Part shown: positions 18,465 to 28,013 of the stretch, in pieces
How positions within the stretch are numbered: the stretch's first letter is position 1
Layout: each line of letters opens with the position of its first letter
Source of the DNA: Candidatus Micrarchaeia archaeon
GTDB lineage: Archaea; Micrarchaeota; Micrarchaeia; Anstonellales; Bilamarchaeaceae
DNA length: 64,000 nucleotides
Reading direction: 5' to 3'
Assembly: GCA_046331685.1 (NCBI GenBank)
Contig: JAXLQI010000003.1
Span: 102,960-166,959 of the forward strand
Notes under the pieces: model-generated
What the model was told of the DNA's origin: nothing
Seen by the model: only the letters and a program-made list of their open reading frames with translations
Databases searched by the model: none
Made by a program: the position numbers and the translations under genes

Positions 18465-19685
18465 ATGGCAGAAGAATATGATGTTATCGTGTTAGGTGGC
18501 GGACCGTCCGGCTCTTCGACAGCCGCGTTCCTCGCTAAAGCAGGCAAGAAGGTCCTGTTGCTGGACCGCGCGAAGTTCCCACGCGACAAGACTTGCGGCG
18601 ACGGCATAAGCGGCCGCTCTGTGGCGGTCCTCAAGGAGCTCGGGGTCCTCAAGGACTTCAAGGACGTGGAGCACATGGATATGTTCGGAGTGGCGTTCTC
18701 TTCCCCGAACGGCACCTTCGTCCCCATCTCATCACGCAGGGAAGGCAACAACGAGTCCCCCGGCTTCGTTTGCAGGAGGGAGGTCTTCGACAACGTCCTC
18801 TTCCAGTTCGCGAAAAAGCTCGTCTCGAAGACCATCGAAGGCTTCATAGCGAGCGACGTTGTCATGGAAGGCGGCAAGGTCGCAGGCGTGAAGGGCAGAT
18901 TCGAAGGCAAAGAGCTGGAGTTCCGCGCCAAGGTCCTTGTCGGCGCCGATGGCGTCGGCGGGATAACCGCGAGGAAATTCGGGGCGACGAACCTAGACGA
19001 GGGCCACCAGTGCGCGGCCATAAGGTGCTACTATGAGGGAGTCGAGGGCATGATCGACCAGATCGAGCTCCATTTCGTCGACGGCGTCCTTCCGGGCTAT
19101 TTCTGGATATTCCCGCTCCCGGGCAAGAAGGCGAATGTCGGTATCGGCATGCTCGTCAAAGACATGAAGAAGCAGAAGGTCAACCTCCAGAAGCTCATGT
19201 TCGACGTCCTCGAGAACAACAAGATGTTCAAGGAGCGCTTCAAGGGCGCGAAGAGGATCAGCGATGTCAAGAGCTGGATGCTCCCTCTCGGTTCGAAGCG
19301 GGTCAAGATGGCCGGGGACGGCTACGTCCTCGTAGGCGATGCCGCATCGCTCATCGATCCGTTCTCCGGCGAAGGGATCGGGAACGCCCTCACAAGCGGC
19401 AAATGCGCGGCGAAGGCGATCCTCACTGCGTTCGAGAAGGACGATTTCTCCGAGAACACCCTCTCAGCATACCCGAAGATGTTCTGGGAGATCGTCGGCG
19501 ACGAGCTCGACACCAATTACAGGATGCAGAGGATGGCCAACAACAAGTTCCTGCTGAACATGATGATCGGCAAGGCCAAGCGCAGCAAGTATGTCCAGAG
19601 CGCTATCAGCGACGCCCTCATCAACCCGCAGGAGCACAGCAAGCTGGTCGACCCTCTGTTCATCTTCAAGGTCCTCCTCGCTTAG
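18465..19685 (+). CDS. Geranylgeranyl reductase family flavoprotein (archaeal lipid saturase-like)
   Basis: FAD motif DVIVLGGGPSGSSTAA. GGR-family length and sequence. 406 aa. Confidence 0.8.
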   Translation: MAEEYDVIVLGGGPSGSSTAAFLAKAGKKVLLLDRAKFPRDKTCGDGISGRSVAVLKELGVLKDFKDVEHMDMFGVAFSSPNGTFVPISSRREGNNESPGFVCRREVFDNVLFQFAKKLVSKTIEGFIASDVVMEGGKVAGVKGRFEGKELEFRAKVLVGADGVGGITARKFGATNLDEGHQCAAIRCYYEGVEGMIDQIELHFVDGVLPGYFWIFPLPGKKANVGIGMLVKDMKKQKVNLQKLMFDVLENNKMFKERFKGAKRISDVKSWMLPLGSKRVKMAGDGYVLVGDAASLIDPFSGEGIGNALTSGKCAAKAILTAFEKDDFSENTLSAYPKMFWEIVGDELDTNYRMQRMANNKFLLNMMIGKAKRSKYVQSAISDALINPQEHSKLVDPLFIFKVLLA

Positions 19686-19716
19686 CTCTATTTTTTTATC
19701 TTATCTCCCATAGGGA

Positions 19717-21066
19717 GTGATGGAGAAATTCGATCTGATCGTCATCGGCGGAGGCTCAGGCCTGGATGTCGTGAGCGCGGCTGCGGCAAAAGGCATGCGG
19801 GTGGCCCTGATAGAGGAGGGTCCGATGGGAGGCACCTGCCTCAACCGCGGGTGCATCCCCTCGAAGATACTAATTCATGCTGCAGATGTCATGCAGGAGA
19901 TAAAAAAGGCCCCCGAGTTCGGCATCACCGTCGGGAAAGTCTCGGTGGATTTCGGGAAAGTCATGTCGCGGGCCCGGGTCGTGGACGAAGACGCGAGGGG
20001 GATCGAAGAGAGCATCCGGAGATCGAAGAACATCACCCTATTCAAGGAGCGCGGGAGGTTCGTCGGCCCGAAGACCCTGCGTGTCGGGGATAAGGAAATC
20101 TCCTCGGACCGCATCGTAATCGCCGCAGGCACCCGTCCTGCGGTGCCTACGGTCGAAGGTCTGGCCTCCGTCCCCTATATGACCAGCGACGATGCCCTGA
20201 GGCTCGATCATCTTCCGGAGAGGCTCATCATCATAGGCGGCGGATATATCTCCTGCGAGCTCGCGCATTTCTTCAGCTCCATGGGATCAAAGGTCGTCAT
20301 CCTCCAGCGGAACGTCCGCCTCCTCCCTGATGAAGATGAGGAGGTTTCCCTGAAATTCACCGAGCTTTTCTCGAAGCAGTGCGAGGTCCATCTGAAGTTC
20401 GCGCTCAAAAGGGTGGAGAAGAAGGGCGGCAATATCGTGGCCTGGGACGCCGAAGGCAAAAGCCTGGAAGGGACCGACCTCCTCGTGGCGACCGGCCGCG
20501 TCCCGAACTCCGATATCCTCGAAGTCTCGAAAGCCGGGATCAAGACGGACAAGCACGGTTATATCGAAAGCGGAGGATTCATGGAGACGAACGTCCCGGG
20601 AGTCTACGTCCTCGGGGACATCGCCGGGAAATATCTTTTCAAGCACTCGGCCAATCTCGAAGCGGAGTATGTCGCCCACAATATCCTGGAGCCGCAGAAG
20701 AGGATAGAGGTTGATTATACGGCGATGCCGCACGCCGTCTTCTCTCATCCGCAGGTGGCCGGGGTAGGCGCGACCGAACAGCAGCTGAAAGAGGGCGGGC
20801 ATGATTACCTTGTCGGCAGATATATGTATTCCGGCACCGGCATGGGCGAAGCGCTCGCGGAGAAGGACGGGTTCGTCAAATTCCTCACCGATTACCAGGG
20901 GAAGATCCTCGGCTGCCATATCATGGGCCCGGAGGCCTCGAGCCTGATCCACGAAGTGCTCGTCTCGATGAAAGCCGGCCGATGCCATGTCAACGATATC
21001 ATCAACACAGTCCATATCCATCCCGCCCTCAGCGAAGTCGTCCAAAGAGGGGCAGGGAGCGTCTAG
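19717..21066 (+). CDS. Pyridine nucleotide-disulfide oxidoreductase, dihydrolipoyl dehydrogenase-like
   Basis: FAD site DLIVIGGGSGL, redox-active disulfide GGTCLNRGCIPSK, NAD site and an interface domain. 449 aa. Confidence 0.85.
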   Translation: MMEKFDLIVIGGGSGLDVVSAAAAKGMRVALIEEGPMGGTCLNRGCIPSKILIHAADVMQEIKKAPEFGITVGKVSVDFGKVMSRARVVDEDARGIEESIRRSKNITLFKERGRFVGPKTLRVGDKEISSDRIVIAAGTRPAVPTVEGLASVPYMTSDDALRLDHLPERLIIIGGGYISCELAHFFSSMGSKVVILQRNVRLLPDEDEEVSLKFTELFSKQCEVHLKFALKRVEKKGGNIVAWDAEGKSLEGTDLLVATGRVPNSDILEVSKAGIKTDKHGYIESGGFMETNVPGVYVLGDIAGKYLFKHSANLEAEYVAHNILEPQKRIEVDYTAMPHAVFSHPQVAGVGATEQQLKEGGHDYLVGRYMYSGTGMGEALAEKDGFVKFLTDYQGKILGCHIMGPEASSLIHEVLVSMKAGRCHVNDIINTVHIHPALSEVVQRGAGSV

Positions 21067-21560
21067 TTGGCGCGTTCGATCATAGGCGGCGAATCAGAGA
21101 AGATCGATCCGGCGGCCATCGCCTGGACCGAGAACGGTGCGAATACGTTCTCGCACTGGAAGACAACGATGAGCTTCGGGTTCGCGATGCTCAGGAAGGC
21201 CTCCTGCTCCAGGCTCAGGTCGAACGCCATCCCGAAGCCCCGCTCGTTCTTCGGGTCTGTGTTCCTGAGGAGGAAATCCAGGCAGGCGCTGCCGCAGAAC
21301 GCGCGCATCCACAGGCTCTCCGAACGCTGGATCTATGTCACAGCATCGACTTTCAGCATCAGCCGTCCGGACGGCTCGTCGAATCCCTTGTCCGGAGAAT
21401 CCCTCTTCTTCGCGAGCATCCACTCGCTCCATGTGCGCTTCGTCCGTCCCGGCTATAAAAATCTTCACGGGTTTCCCATGGAAAAAAATCACGGAAACGG
21501 CTTTTGCGGAAAAAAATTCCAGTGCGCCGGATTTTTATTCATGGACGCGGTTAGATCATC

Positions 21561-22481
21561 ATGAGGAATCCGCTGCCGCTCCTGTTCTTCCTGGGGATGG
21601 CCGCGATACTGTTCCTGTCGCTCCAGGCGTCCAAACAGGCCGCGCCCGAGCAGATGCCTCCGGGCCCGTCAGGGGCCGTACCGACGCTCAACCGGTCGAA
21701 CCTCACGATAGCGTCTTTCAACATCCAGGTTTTCGGGGAGTCCAAGCGCTCGAAATCCGAAGTCATGGATGTCCTAGCGAAGACGGCGAGAAGGTTCGAC
21801 ATCATGGCCATAGAGGAGCTCCGGGACGACACCGAGACGACGCTTCCGTTCTACCTGGAAAGGATCAACTCGCTCCCGGGGCCCAGATACTCGGCCGTCT
21901 CGAGCCCGCGCCTCGGCCGCACCTCGAGCAAGGAGAACTACGCGTTCATCTACAATACCGATGACATCCTCCTTGTCCCGGATTCGAATTACACCTTCGT
22001 GGATCCGCCGGCAGGGACGAGCACCGACCTTTTCCAGCGCGAGCCTTTCATAGCGCGATTCCGCTCGGCAAGCGGCAACTTCACATTCGTCCTCATGGTC
22101 ATCCACACCGAGCCCGACTCCACCCCAGAGGAGCTGAACGACCTGCCGAAAGCCGTCGATGATGCGAAAAAGAAGTTCCCTGACGAGCACGACTTCATCA
22201 TCTTGGGCGATATGAACGCGGATTGCAGCTATCTCAGGCCGACAGACAACATCTCGCTCCGCGGCCCTGCCTACACGTGGCTTATCCCCGACACCGCAGA
22301 CACCACGACGAAAAGCACAGACTGCGCCTATGACCGGATCATCCTGGCCGACGGGGCGAAAGAGAACTACGCTGGCCGGTGGGGCATCTTCCGTTTCGAT
22401 CAGGAGTACGGGCTCAACCAGACCCAGACAGAAGCCGTCTCTGACCATTACCCTGTATGGGCTGAGTTCAACGCTAATTGA
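21561..22481 (+). CDS. Secreted endonuclease/exonuclease/phosphatase (EEP, DNase I-like) family protein
   Basis: A signal peptide is followed by LTIASFNIQVFGESK and ILGDMNADCSY, the EEP catalytic motifs. A TATA-like element lies about 30 nt upstream. Confidence 0.75.
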   Translation: MRNPLPLLFFLGMAAILFLSLQASKQAAPEQMPPGPSGAVPTLNRSNLTIASFNIQVFGESKRSKSEVMDVLAKTARRFDIMAIEELRDDTETTLPFYLERINSLPGPRYSAVSSPRLGRTSSKENYAFIYNTDDILLVPDSNYTFVDPPAGTSTDLFQREPFIARFRSASGNFTFVLMVIHTEPDSTPEELNDLPKAVDDAKKKFPDEHDFIILGDMNADCSYLRPTDNISLRGPAYTWLIPDTADTTTKSTDCAYDRIILADGAKENYAGRWGIFRFDQEYGLNQTQTEAVSDHYPVWAEFNAN

Positions 22482-22821
22482 CGTCCCGGTAGATCGATTC
22501 TGCGAGGAGGCCGTCTTCCGAGAAGAAATGGTCCCTGCTCGGGGCTTCCACGGTGCACGAGACCTTCTGCCCGCTCCCCCTGAACACGACTTTCGCCCCG
22601 GGCCTGAGTATCGGATCCACCTTCTTCCATGTGGCGACCGCCGTCACCTGCGGGAAGGATTCCTGGCCCTCATCCTTCACCCGGTCGTTCTTGAGGACTA
22701 TGTTGAAGGCGCTGAGACGCTCAGGGCAGAGGACCCGGAGAACGGTCCGGCCGGTGGCCTTTATGCTGTCTATGACGGATTCGTTGACATCGAGGGTGAG
22801 GCTGGTGGTTCTCTTTGCCAT
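22474..22821 (-). CDS. Hypothetical protein (116 aa)
   Basis: Trimmed from track ORF 22474..22980, whose 5' part overlaps tRNA-Tyr. The internal ATG at 22819-22821 gives MAKRTTSLTLDV... Confidence 0.35.
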   Translation of the reverse strand: MAKRTTSLTLDVNESVIDSIKATGRTVLRVLCPERLSAFNIVLKNDRVKDEGQESFPQVTAVATWKKVDPILRPGAKVVFRGSGQKVSCTVEAPSRDHFFSEDGLLAESIYRDVN

Positions 22822-22869
22822 GCTATCACAACTAGAGCGGGCCACAAACGCCGGGCTCCGGGCTGATAT

Positions 22870-22994
22870 TCCCGTCGGCCTGACTTGAACAAGCAACCTC
22901 ACCGTTTCCGCCTTTTGGAAAGGCGGCCCAAAACTCGTCAAACCGAGTAAAGGCAAAACTACAGCGGTGCGCTCTACCATTGAGCTACGACGGG
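22870..22994 (-). tRNA. tRNA-Tyr(GUA) with a 53-nt canonical intron at 37/38
   Basis: Acceptor CCCGUCG/CGACGGG. D-arm GCUC-AAUGGUA-GAGC. Anticodon stem CACCG/CGGUG with loop CUGUAG|intron|A. T-arm GCUUG-UUCAAGU-CAGGC. Confidence 0.8.
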
Positions 22995-23040
22995 ATGAGA
23001 TGGAAAAGTGCGGAGAAGTTCTTATAAAGATAGGTATCGG

Positions 23041-24087
23041 TCAATTCCACCGGCACATCCCCTGAACGCATCCGCACCTCACCCCTGCGGCAGAAGCGTC
23101 ATAGCACGTGCGGTATTCGCATGTGGTCACGACCGGCTCCTCGGCTTTGCCCTGGCACACCTGCCCGGAGCATCCTCCGCTGACGCAGTCAGAATCCTTC
23201 GCGCAGGCGGCTTTGGTCTCGGTCCCGCAGAATCCAGCTTTAGCTGGGAAGACCTTCTTCCCGTAGTAATAGACCTCGAAAGGGCCGCTGTAGCCGCCCG
23301 CCTCGGCGGTCCAGTATATCGTGCCGCTGCACTGGGGGCAGTAGCCTGTATTGCTCGGAGCGGATTCGGTCGTCAGGTTCAGCACCCACTTCTCATCGGA
23401 CTTGGTCAGGTAACCGACGACTTTGTAGCAGGGACTCGGCGCGTTGATTGACCCGTTGAGGACCATCCCGTCCGAAGTATAGGTGCTCTGCGGGGCGACG
23501 GCCCCGCCGCATCCACCGTATGATCCGGTGAGCTTGAAAGTCTGCTCAGCAGGGGGCTTGGTCTGACTCGCCGTGCATCTGTTCTCGACGCATCTTCCTT
23601 CGGAGAGGGCTGTCGGGCACATGCATCTCGGCTGGCCGGGCGGGCATTCCGGCTGCTGGTTATAGACATTCACATACTCGCCCATCCCGCAGTCGCAGCA
23701 CCGATTCAGGCGCACGCAGTCGCTGTCCTTCCGGCAGTAATCCTTCACTTCGTATCCTGGCGGGGTTGTCGAAGTATTGTTTTCGGGAGGAGGGACATCC
23801 ACCGCCACGCACTTGTTGCCCTGGCACTCGCCTTTGGAGTCCCTGATAGCGCATTTGCAGACGGGGCCCGTGCACGGGCTGCTGTTGTAGTTGAATCTGT
23901 TGACATAGACGCCGAGGCCGCAGTCGCAGCAGCTTTGCTGGCGGACGCAATCGTCGTTGGTCTTGCAGTAATCCTTGACCTCATACCCTGGAGGCACTGT
24001 CTGATTGGTGCCGTTCGCCGGCGGTGCCTGCAGGCATCCTGCGACCACCAATAAAGCCAGAATTGCGAGCGCGGAAAAGGTCCTCAT
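23041..24087 (-). CDS. Cysteine-rich secreted lipoprotein with two tandem Cys-rich repeats
   Basis: Signal peptide plus VVAGC lipobox. Repeat PPGYEVKDYC(K/R)..DCVR..CCDCG(L/M)G(V/E)YVN occurs twice. About 40 Cys. 348 aa. Confidence 0.6.
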   Translation of the reverse strand: MRTFSALAILALLVVAGCLQAPPANGTNQTVPPGYEVKDYCKTNDDCVRQQSCCDCGLGVYVNRFNYNSSPCTGPVCKCAIRDSKGECQGNKCVAVDVPPPENNTSTTPPGYEVKDYCRKDSDCVRLNRCCDCGMGEYVNVYNQQPECPPGQPRCMCPTALSEGRCVENRCTASQTKPPAEQTFKLTGSYGGCGGAVAPQSTYTSDGMVLNGSINAPSPCYKVVGYLTKSDEKWVLNLTTESAPSNTGYCPQCSGTIYWTAEAGGYSGPFEVYYYGKKVFPAKAGFCGTETKAACAKDSDCVSGGCSGQVCQGKAEEPVVTTCEYRTCYDASAAGVRCGCVQGMCRWN

Positions 24088-24120
24088 GCATCCCTAAAGG
24101 AATCGAACTCTAATAAATGC

Positions 24121-25272
24121 TCACTCGGCCTGCAGGAACGCTCTCAGCCCTTTGATTATGTTCAGATGGCTCTCCTTCGACACCCATTCTCCGGCCGAAT
24201 GCATCCCCCCGCCGCTCGGCCCGTATGTTATGACCGGCACTCCGGAGAGCGCCAACACGTTCTCATCGGCGACGGAGTTGCCATAGACTATCCGAGGCTT
24301 GCCGAAATTCTCGGCTATCATCTTCTCCATCCTTTTCACCGGCGCCTCAGTGCGCTCGGTGATCTGGGGAGTGAGGTACGGGGTCTTCCGCGCTTTCAGG
24401 CTGACCTCTATCTTCCTGCCGCCGATCGGGCGGAACACCCCCTTCTCATAGAGGTGATCGATCCCGTACCGCAGCTCGTTGAGCACGCTCGCGGACGTCT
24501 CAGGGGGGACCAGATGCCGGTCGAGCTCGATGCGCGCCGAATCCGGGAGCGAGAGCGATTCGCTCTGCCCGTGGAACGAACGGACGAATATCGGAGGCCT
24601 GGGGAGAAGCTTGTGGGTCTTCGGCTTGATATTGGCGAGCTCGCGGATGAGTTTCGCCCCTTCGGTGATGGCGTTCACCCCTCCTGAGTCTGCACCGTGC
24701 GCAGCCTTTCCAGGGACGGTGAACTCATAGACAGCCCTCCCGAGCCTTCCGAGCGTGAGCTGCCTCTCACCGAGGTGCTCCCCTCCGTCGCCGCCTGTGT
24801 CGGTGCTTATTATAGCCTCGCAGCCGTGGAAGAATCCGCTCCTGACTATCGCATGGGCCCCTTCGGAGATGTTCTCTTCGTCCACCCCGAAAGCGATCTT
24901 CACCGGCCTTTTCGAATCCCCAGCCGCGCAGAGGATCGCGCAGACCCCTGCTTTCATGTCCCAGGCCCCGAGGCCGATCAGCCTCCCGTCCTCTTCCGTG
25001 AGCTTGAAGGGGTCCGTCTTCCATCCTTCGGCCGGCCCTACTGTATCCATGTGGCCATAGAGCCCGATCGGCTTCCCCTCTCCGCCACGGGTGGCAAGGA
25101 CGTTGAACCTGCCCGGTGAGACCTCGAGCCTTTCCGTGGAGAATCCCAGCCCGGAGAGCAGGATCTCAAGCCTCTCGGCCAGTTTGCGCTCATCAGGCCC
25201 TACTGATCTTATCGATACAAGCTCAGCGAGCAGTCCTATCTCATCCATGGATTGTTTAGCCGCTAGGGACAT
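24121..25272 (-). CDS. M20-family metallopeptidase / deacylase (ArgE/DapE/LysK-like)
   Basis: YGHMDTV metal-binding motif and an M20 dimerisation region. 383 aa. Confidence 0.8.
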   Translation of the reverse strand: MSLAAKQSMDEIGLLAELVSIRSVGPDERKLAERLEILLSGLGFSTERLEVSPGRFNVLATRGGEGKPIGLYGHMDTVGPAEGWKTDPFKLTEEDGRLIGLGAWDMKAGVCAILCAAGDSKRPVKIAFGVDEENISEGAHAIVRSGFFHGCEAIISTDTGGDGGEHLGERQLTLGRLGRAVYEFTVPGKAAHGADSGGVNAITEGAKLIRELANIKPKTHKLLPRPPIFVRSFHGQSESLSLPDSARIELDRHLVPPETSASVLNELRYGIDHLYEKGVFRPIGGRKIEVSLKARKTPYLTPQITERTEAPVKRMEKMIAENFGKPRIVYGNSVADENVLALSGVPVITYGPSGGGMHSAGEWVSKESHLNIIKGLRAFLQAE

Positions 25273-26860
25273 AAATACCGCGCTCGTTCGCCTCCCTGAT
25301 CATCGCCGGGATATCGAGCTTCCTGCGGAAATCGGTTATGGTCGTGAAGGGGTAGTGCTGCAGAGATAGCGTCTTCTCGAATATCTCGAGCGGGCTCATC
25401 CCGTGGCGGTAAAGGGCGCTGATGCTCGAGTTGGTCGTCCCGGCGCTTATGTCCTCCCCGTTCCTCTTCTGGCGGACGAGCGGATCCATTATCTGGGGGT
25501 GCTGGGACATCATCAGCGGAAGAGCCCCGCTTATGCTCTCTCCAGGGAGCCCCCCGAGCCTTCCGCTCGCCACGGCGAGCTGGGTGGCCATCACGCTCAT
25601 TATCATGTCAGGGTTGTCCCCTGTCGGATAGTCGGGCGCCTTCGCGAGCTTCTGGCCGTCGAAGACCCAGCCCGGATCCTCGAACATCGAGCCGACTATC
25701 GGAAGGCCGCTCCTCATGAGCATCAGGGACATGTTGATCGGGAAATGCATCCCCACCGCCCGTGCCTTGAGATATGCCGCCATCTCGCGGGGCTCAGCCG
25801 GCATCTCCTCGTGCCATTCATGGCCGCACCCCTTCAGCCTGCCGGTCTCCCATCCGACCTCGTTCCTCAGGGTTATCTCGCGGTCCTGGCAGACGCTCCG
25901 GAACGATCTCATGTCGTCGGTGAGCCGGGCCTTGACGATATATTTCGATTCTATCCGGCAGTTCGGGCATGGCGTCTTCACCATCCAAGGCTTGTCGTCC
26001 TGGACCAGGTTGGCATAGAATCTCCGGTTCTCCTTGGATCTGCCCCCGCGCAGCTCCGCGTTCCGGATCGCATCGGTCAGGAAAGTGAAGAACTCATGGT
26101 CGGCTTCCAGCACCCGGAGGTGGAGGTTTGGGGTCGAGCTGAATAATAGCGGGATCCCTCCCATGTCCACCCCTATCTTCGACAGGTACGAGCGGATGGA
26201 GAAATGCATCTGGATGGCCTTCGCCTGGAAAAGGTCGCCGGAGGCTGAGACGACCCTCTGCGCGAGCCATATATCCTCCTCGGTGTACAGCTCGGTCGGC
26301 TTGAAATGGTTGCTCTTCCCCATATCGGCCCTTCCCAGGTTCTGGACGAATCTGCGGGCGCTTCCGCTCTCCATCCCCCATAGCCTGGCTTTCGCGTATC
26401 GGTCGCCCTCTATGTCATCGACGAACTGGGAGAGTATGCCGTAAGCCGGTCTCCGGAAAGATGCCATCAGCGTCCCCTGGTCAAGGGCGAGCAGGTCACT
26501 CTCGATCCTCTCCCTCCGCATCCCTGCATCCATCGCCCGGTATATTCCGAAACCGCCCCGCAACGCCGTCGCGGCCGCTGCTAGCATCGCTCCGGCTATG
26601 AAAGTATGCAGCTCGTAGTTGGTCGTCCAGGAATTGCACATCTCTCCGCCGATGTGGATCAGCCCGGCGACCTCCTCCTTCCCTTCGGATGGGGTTATGC
26701 TCGGCTCGTCGATCGGCCCCCGCACCGAGAAGACTTTCCCCCGCAGGCAACCCGGGGCGAAGCTCCTTTCGGCGAATGCGGCGTTCTCCACGAACGCGGC
26801 GATCCCCTTGGCGTTACGCCGTATGCCCTCTTTCAACACCGATTCTGTGCTATATGACAT
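25256..26860 (-). CDS. Conserved hypothetical 534-aa protein with an internal Cys/His zinc-ribbon-like motif
   Basis: Long ORF with protein-like composition. TPCPNCR...SVCQDRE...GCGHEWHEE cluster. It overlaps the downstream M20 gene by 17 nt. No family could be assigned. Confidence 0.55.
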   Translation of the reverse strand: MSYSTESVLKEGIRRNAKGIAAFVENAAFAERSFAPGCLRGKVFSVRGPIDEPSITPSEGKEEVAGLIHIGGEMCNSWTTNYELHTFIAGAMLAAAATALRGGFGIYRAMDAGMRRERIESDLLALDQGTLMASFRRPAYGILSQFVDDIEGDRYAKARLWGMESGSARRFVQNLGRADMGKSNHFKPTELYTEEDIWLAQRVVSASGDLFQAKAIQMHFSIRSYLSKIGVDMGGIPLLFSSTPNLHLRVLEADHEFFTFLTDAIRNAELRGGRSKENRRFYANLVQDDKPWMVKTPCPNCRIESKYIVKARLTDDMRSFRSVCQDREITLRNEVGWETGRLKGCGHEWHEEMPAEPREMAAYLKARAVGMHFPINMSLMLMRSGLPIVGSMFEDPGWVFDGQKLAKAPDYPTGDNPDMIMSVMATQLAVASGRLGGLPGESISGALPLMMSQHPQIMDPLVRQKRNGEDISAGTTNSSISALYRHGMSPLEIFEKTLSLQHYPFTTITDFRRKLDIPAMIREANERGIYVPSG

Positions 26861-27080
26861 ATCCTAAACCCTGTGAATGTTCTGTCGCAATGCAGTTATT
26901 GATGTGAATGTTTTAATAACGTAACTTTTTTACGATTATCGAAAGTCAAGGATCATCGACGGCCACCCACCGATCCTTCTGTGCCGTCTCACCGACCCAT
27001 CCCCTGGTGTCACGGTACGCGCTTCCCTTATATTTAAGTTTTAACCCAAAAAGACCGGAAAAGGTCCGAAAATAGCTCAC

Positions 27081-27089
27081 TTTTTATAT
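27081..27089 (+). promoter_or_regulatory. TATA box of the first Lrp/AsnC gene
   Basis: tttttatat lies about 25 nt upstream of the GTG start at 27112. Confidence 0.45.
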
Positions 27090-27111
27090 CTTTTGCCGGA
27101 TATTATCCAAT

Positions 27112-27567
27112 GTGAAAGAGATAAAGCTGGATGAAAACGACCACCACATACTTGACGCCCTAAAAAGCGACGCAAGGCAGACCATTGCCGAGCTATCCAC
27201 CCATCTCGGCATACCCCGTGCAACGGTGCACGAACGGATAATGAGGATGAAGAAGAGCGGAGTGATAAAGCGGTTCACTATAGAAGAGGACTACCGCCTC
27301 ACCGGTCTTCCGACCATGTCCTTCGTGTTCGCTGAATACGACCGCGCATCGAAGATGGACCAGCACGAGGTGGCCCGCCAGATAGCCAAGATAGGCGGCG
27401 TCCTGGGGGTGTATATCATCTCAGGCCAGTGGGACCTCCTGATCAAGGTGAGGGGAAAGAATATCGAGGATATAGGCAACCTCATCCTCGACCGGATCAG
27501 GAACACCCAGGGCGTCTTCAAGACCTACACCATGGCCTGCTTCGAAGTCGCCAAAGACGAGATATGA
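27112..27567 (+). CDS. Lrp/AsnC family transcriptional regulator
   Basis: An N-terminal HTH (DHHILDALKSDARQTIAELSTHLGIPRATVHERI) plus a C-terminal RAM domain. GTG start. 151 aa. Confidence 0.85.
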   Translation: MKEIKLDENDHHILDALKSDARQTIAELSTHLGIPRATVHERIMRMKKSGVIKRFTIEEDYRLTGLPTMSFVFAEYDRASKMDQHEVARQIAKIGGVLGVYIISGQWDLLIKVRGKNIEDIGNLILDRIRNTQGVFKTYTMACFEVAKDEI

Positions 27568-27598
27568 TTATAATATCCCGACCGGATAGTGCTTATGG

Positions 27599-28009
27599 AT
27601 GAAAGTCGATGAAACCGATGAGTCGATCATAGCGGCTCTGAAGAAGGATTCACGGGCGAGCAATGTCAGCATCGGAAAGGCCCTCGGAATCACCGAAGGG
27701 GCTGTCCGCTGGAGGGTGGCCAGGCTGCTGCGGGCAGGCATCATCCGCTCCTTCACGATAGATGTGTCCGAAGGCGCGAACACCTTCGCGATCCTCATGG
27801 TCAAGGCCAGGGGGGAGACCAAGAAGATGATGTCCTCGATATCCTCATTGTCCGTCCACAGGGACGCGTACGAGATCTCAGGCGAATATGATGGCTGCCT
27901 GATAATCGAAGGCCCCTCGGTGGGGGCTATCGACCAGAAGATCGACAGCATACGCAAGCTGAAGGAAGTCGCGGACACCAGGACTTTCATATCTTTCCGC
28001 CGCTGGTGA
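27599..28009 (+). CDS. Lrp/AsnC family transcriptional regulator (second, tandem paralog)
   Basis: HTH region DESIIAALKKDSRASNVSIGKALGITEGAVRWRV plus a RAM-like C-terminus. 136 aa. Confidence 0.8.
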   Translation: MKVDETDESIIAALKKDSRASNVSIGKALGITEGAVRWRVARLLRAGIIRSFTIDVSEGANTFAILMVKARGETKKMMSSISSLSVHRDAYEISGEYDGCLIIEGPSVGAIDQKIDSIRKLKEVADTRTFISFRRW

Positions 28010-28013
28010 GACC

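Noticed and set aside
21063-21492. Small ORFs (81 aa and 132 aa, minus strand; 165 aa, plus strand) in the 500-bp gap between the lpd-like gene and the EEP gene
   Set aside because: No motifs or start-site support. The 132-aa and 165-aa translations are Arg-rich junk. The 81-aa one is protein-like but unsupported. The gap more likely holds the EEP promoter, whose TATA-like element is at about 21520.
22822-22980. 5' part of track ORF 22474..22980
   Set aside because: It overlaps the tRNA-Tyr gene on the same strand. It was trimmed to the internal ATG at 22821, and even the trimmed ORF is low confidence.
25256-26860. Hypothesis that the 534-aa protein is a class I lysyl-tRNA synthetase (HIGG, MGKS and a Zn-ribbon resembling the LysRS-I CP-domain zinc site)
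   Set aside because: The motif order is wrong. In LysRS-I the zinc site precedes KMSKS. The HIGG and MGKS strings are poor matches to HIGH and KMSKS. I could not support any family.
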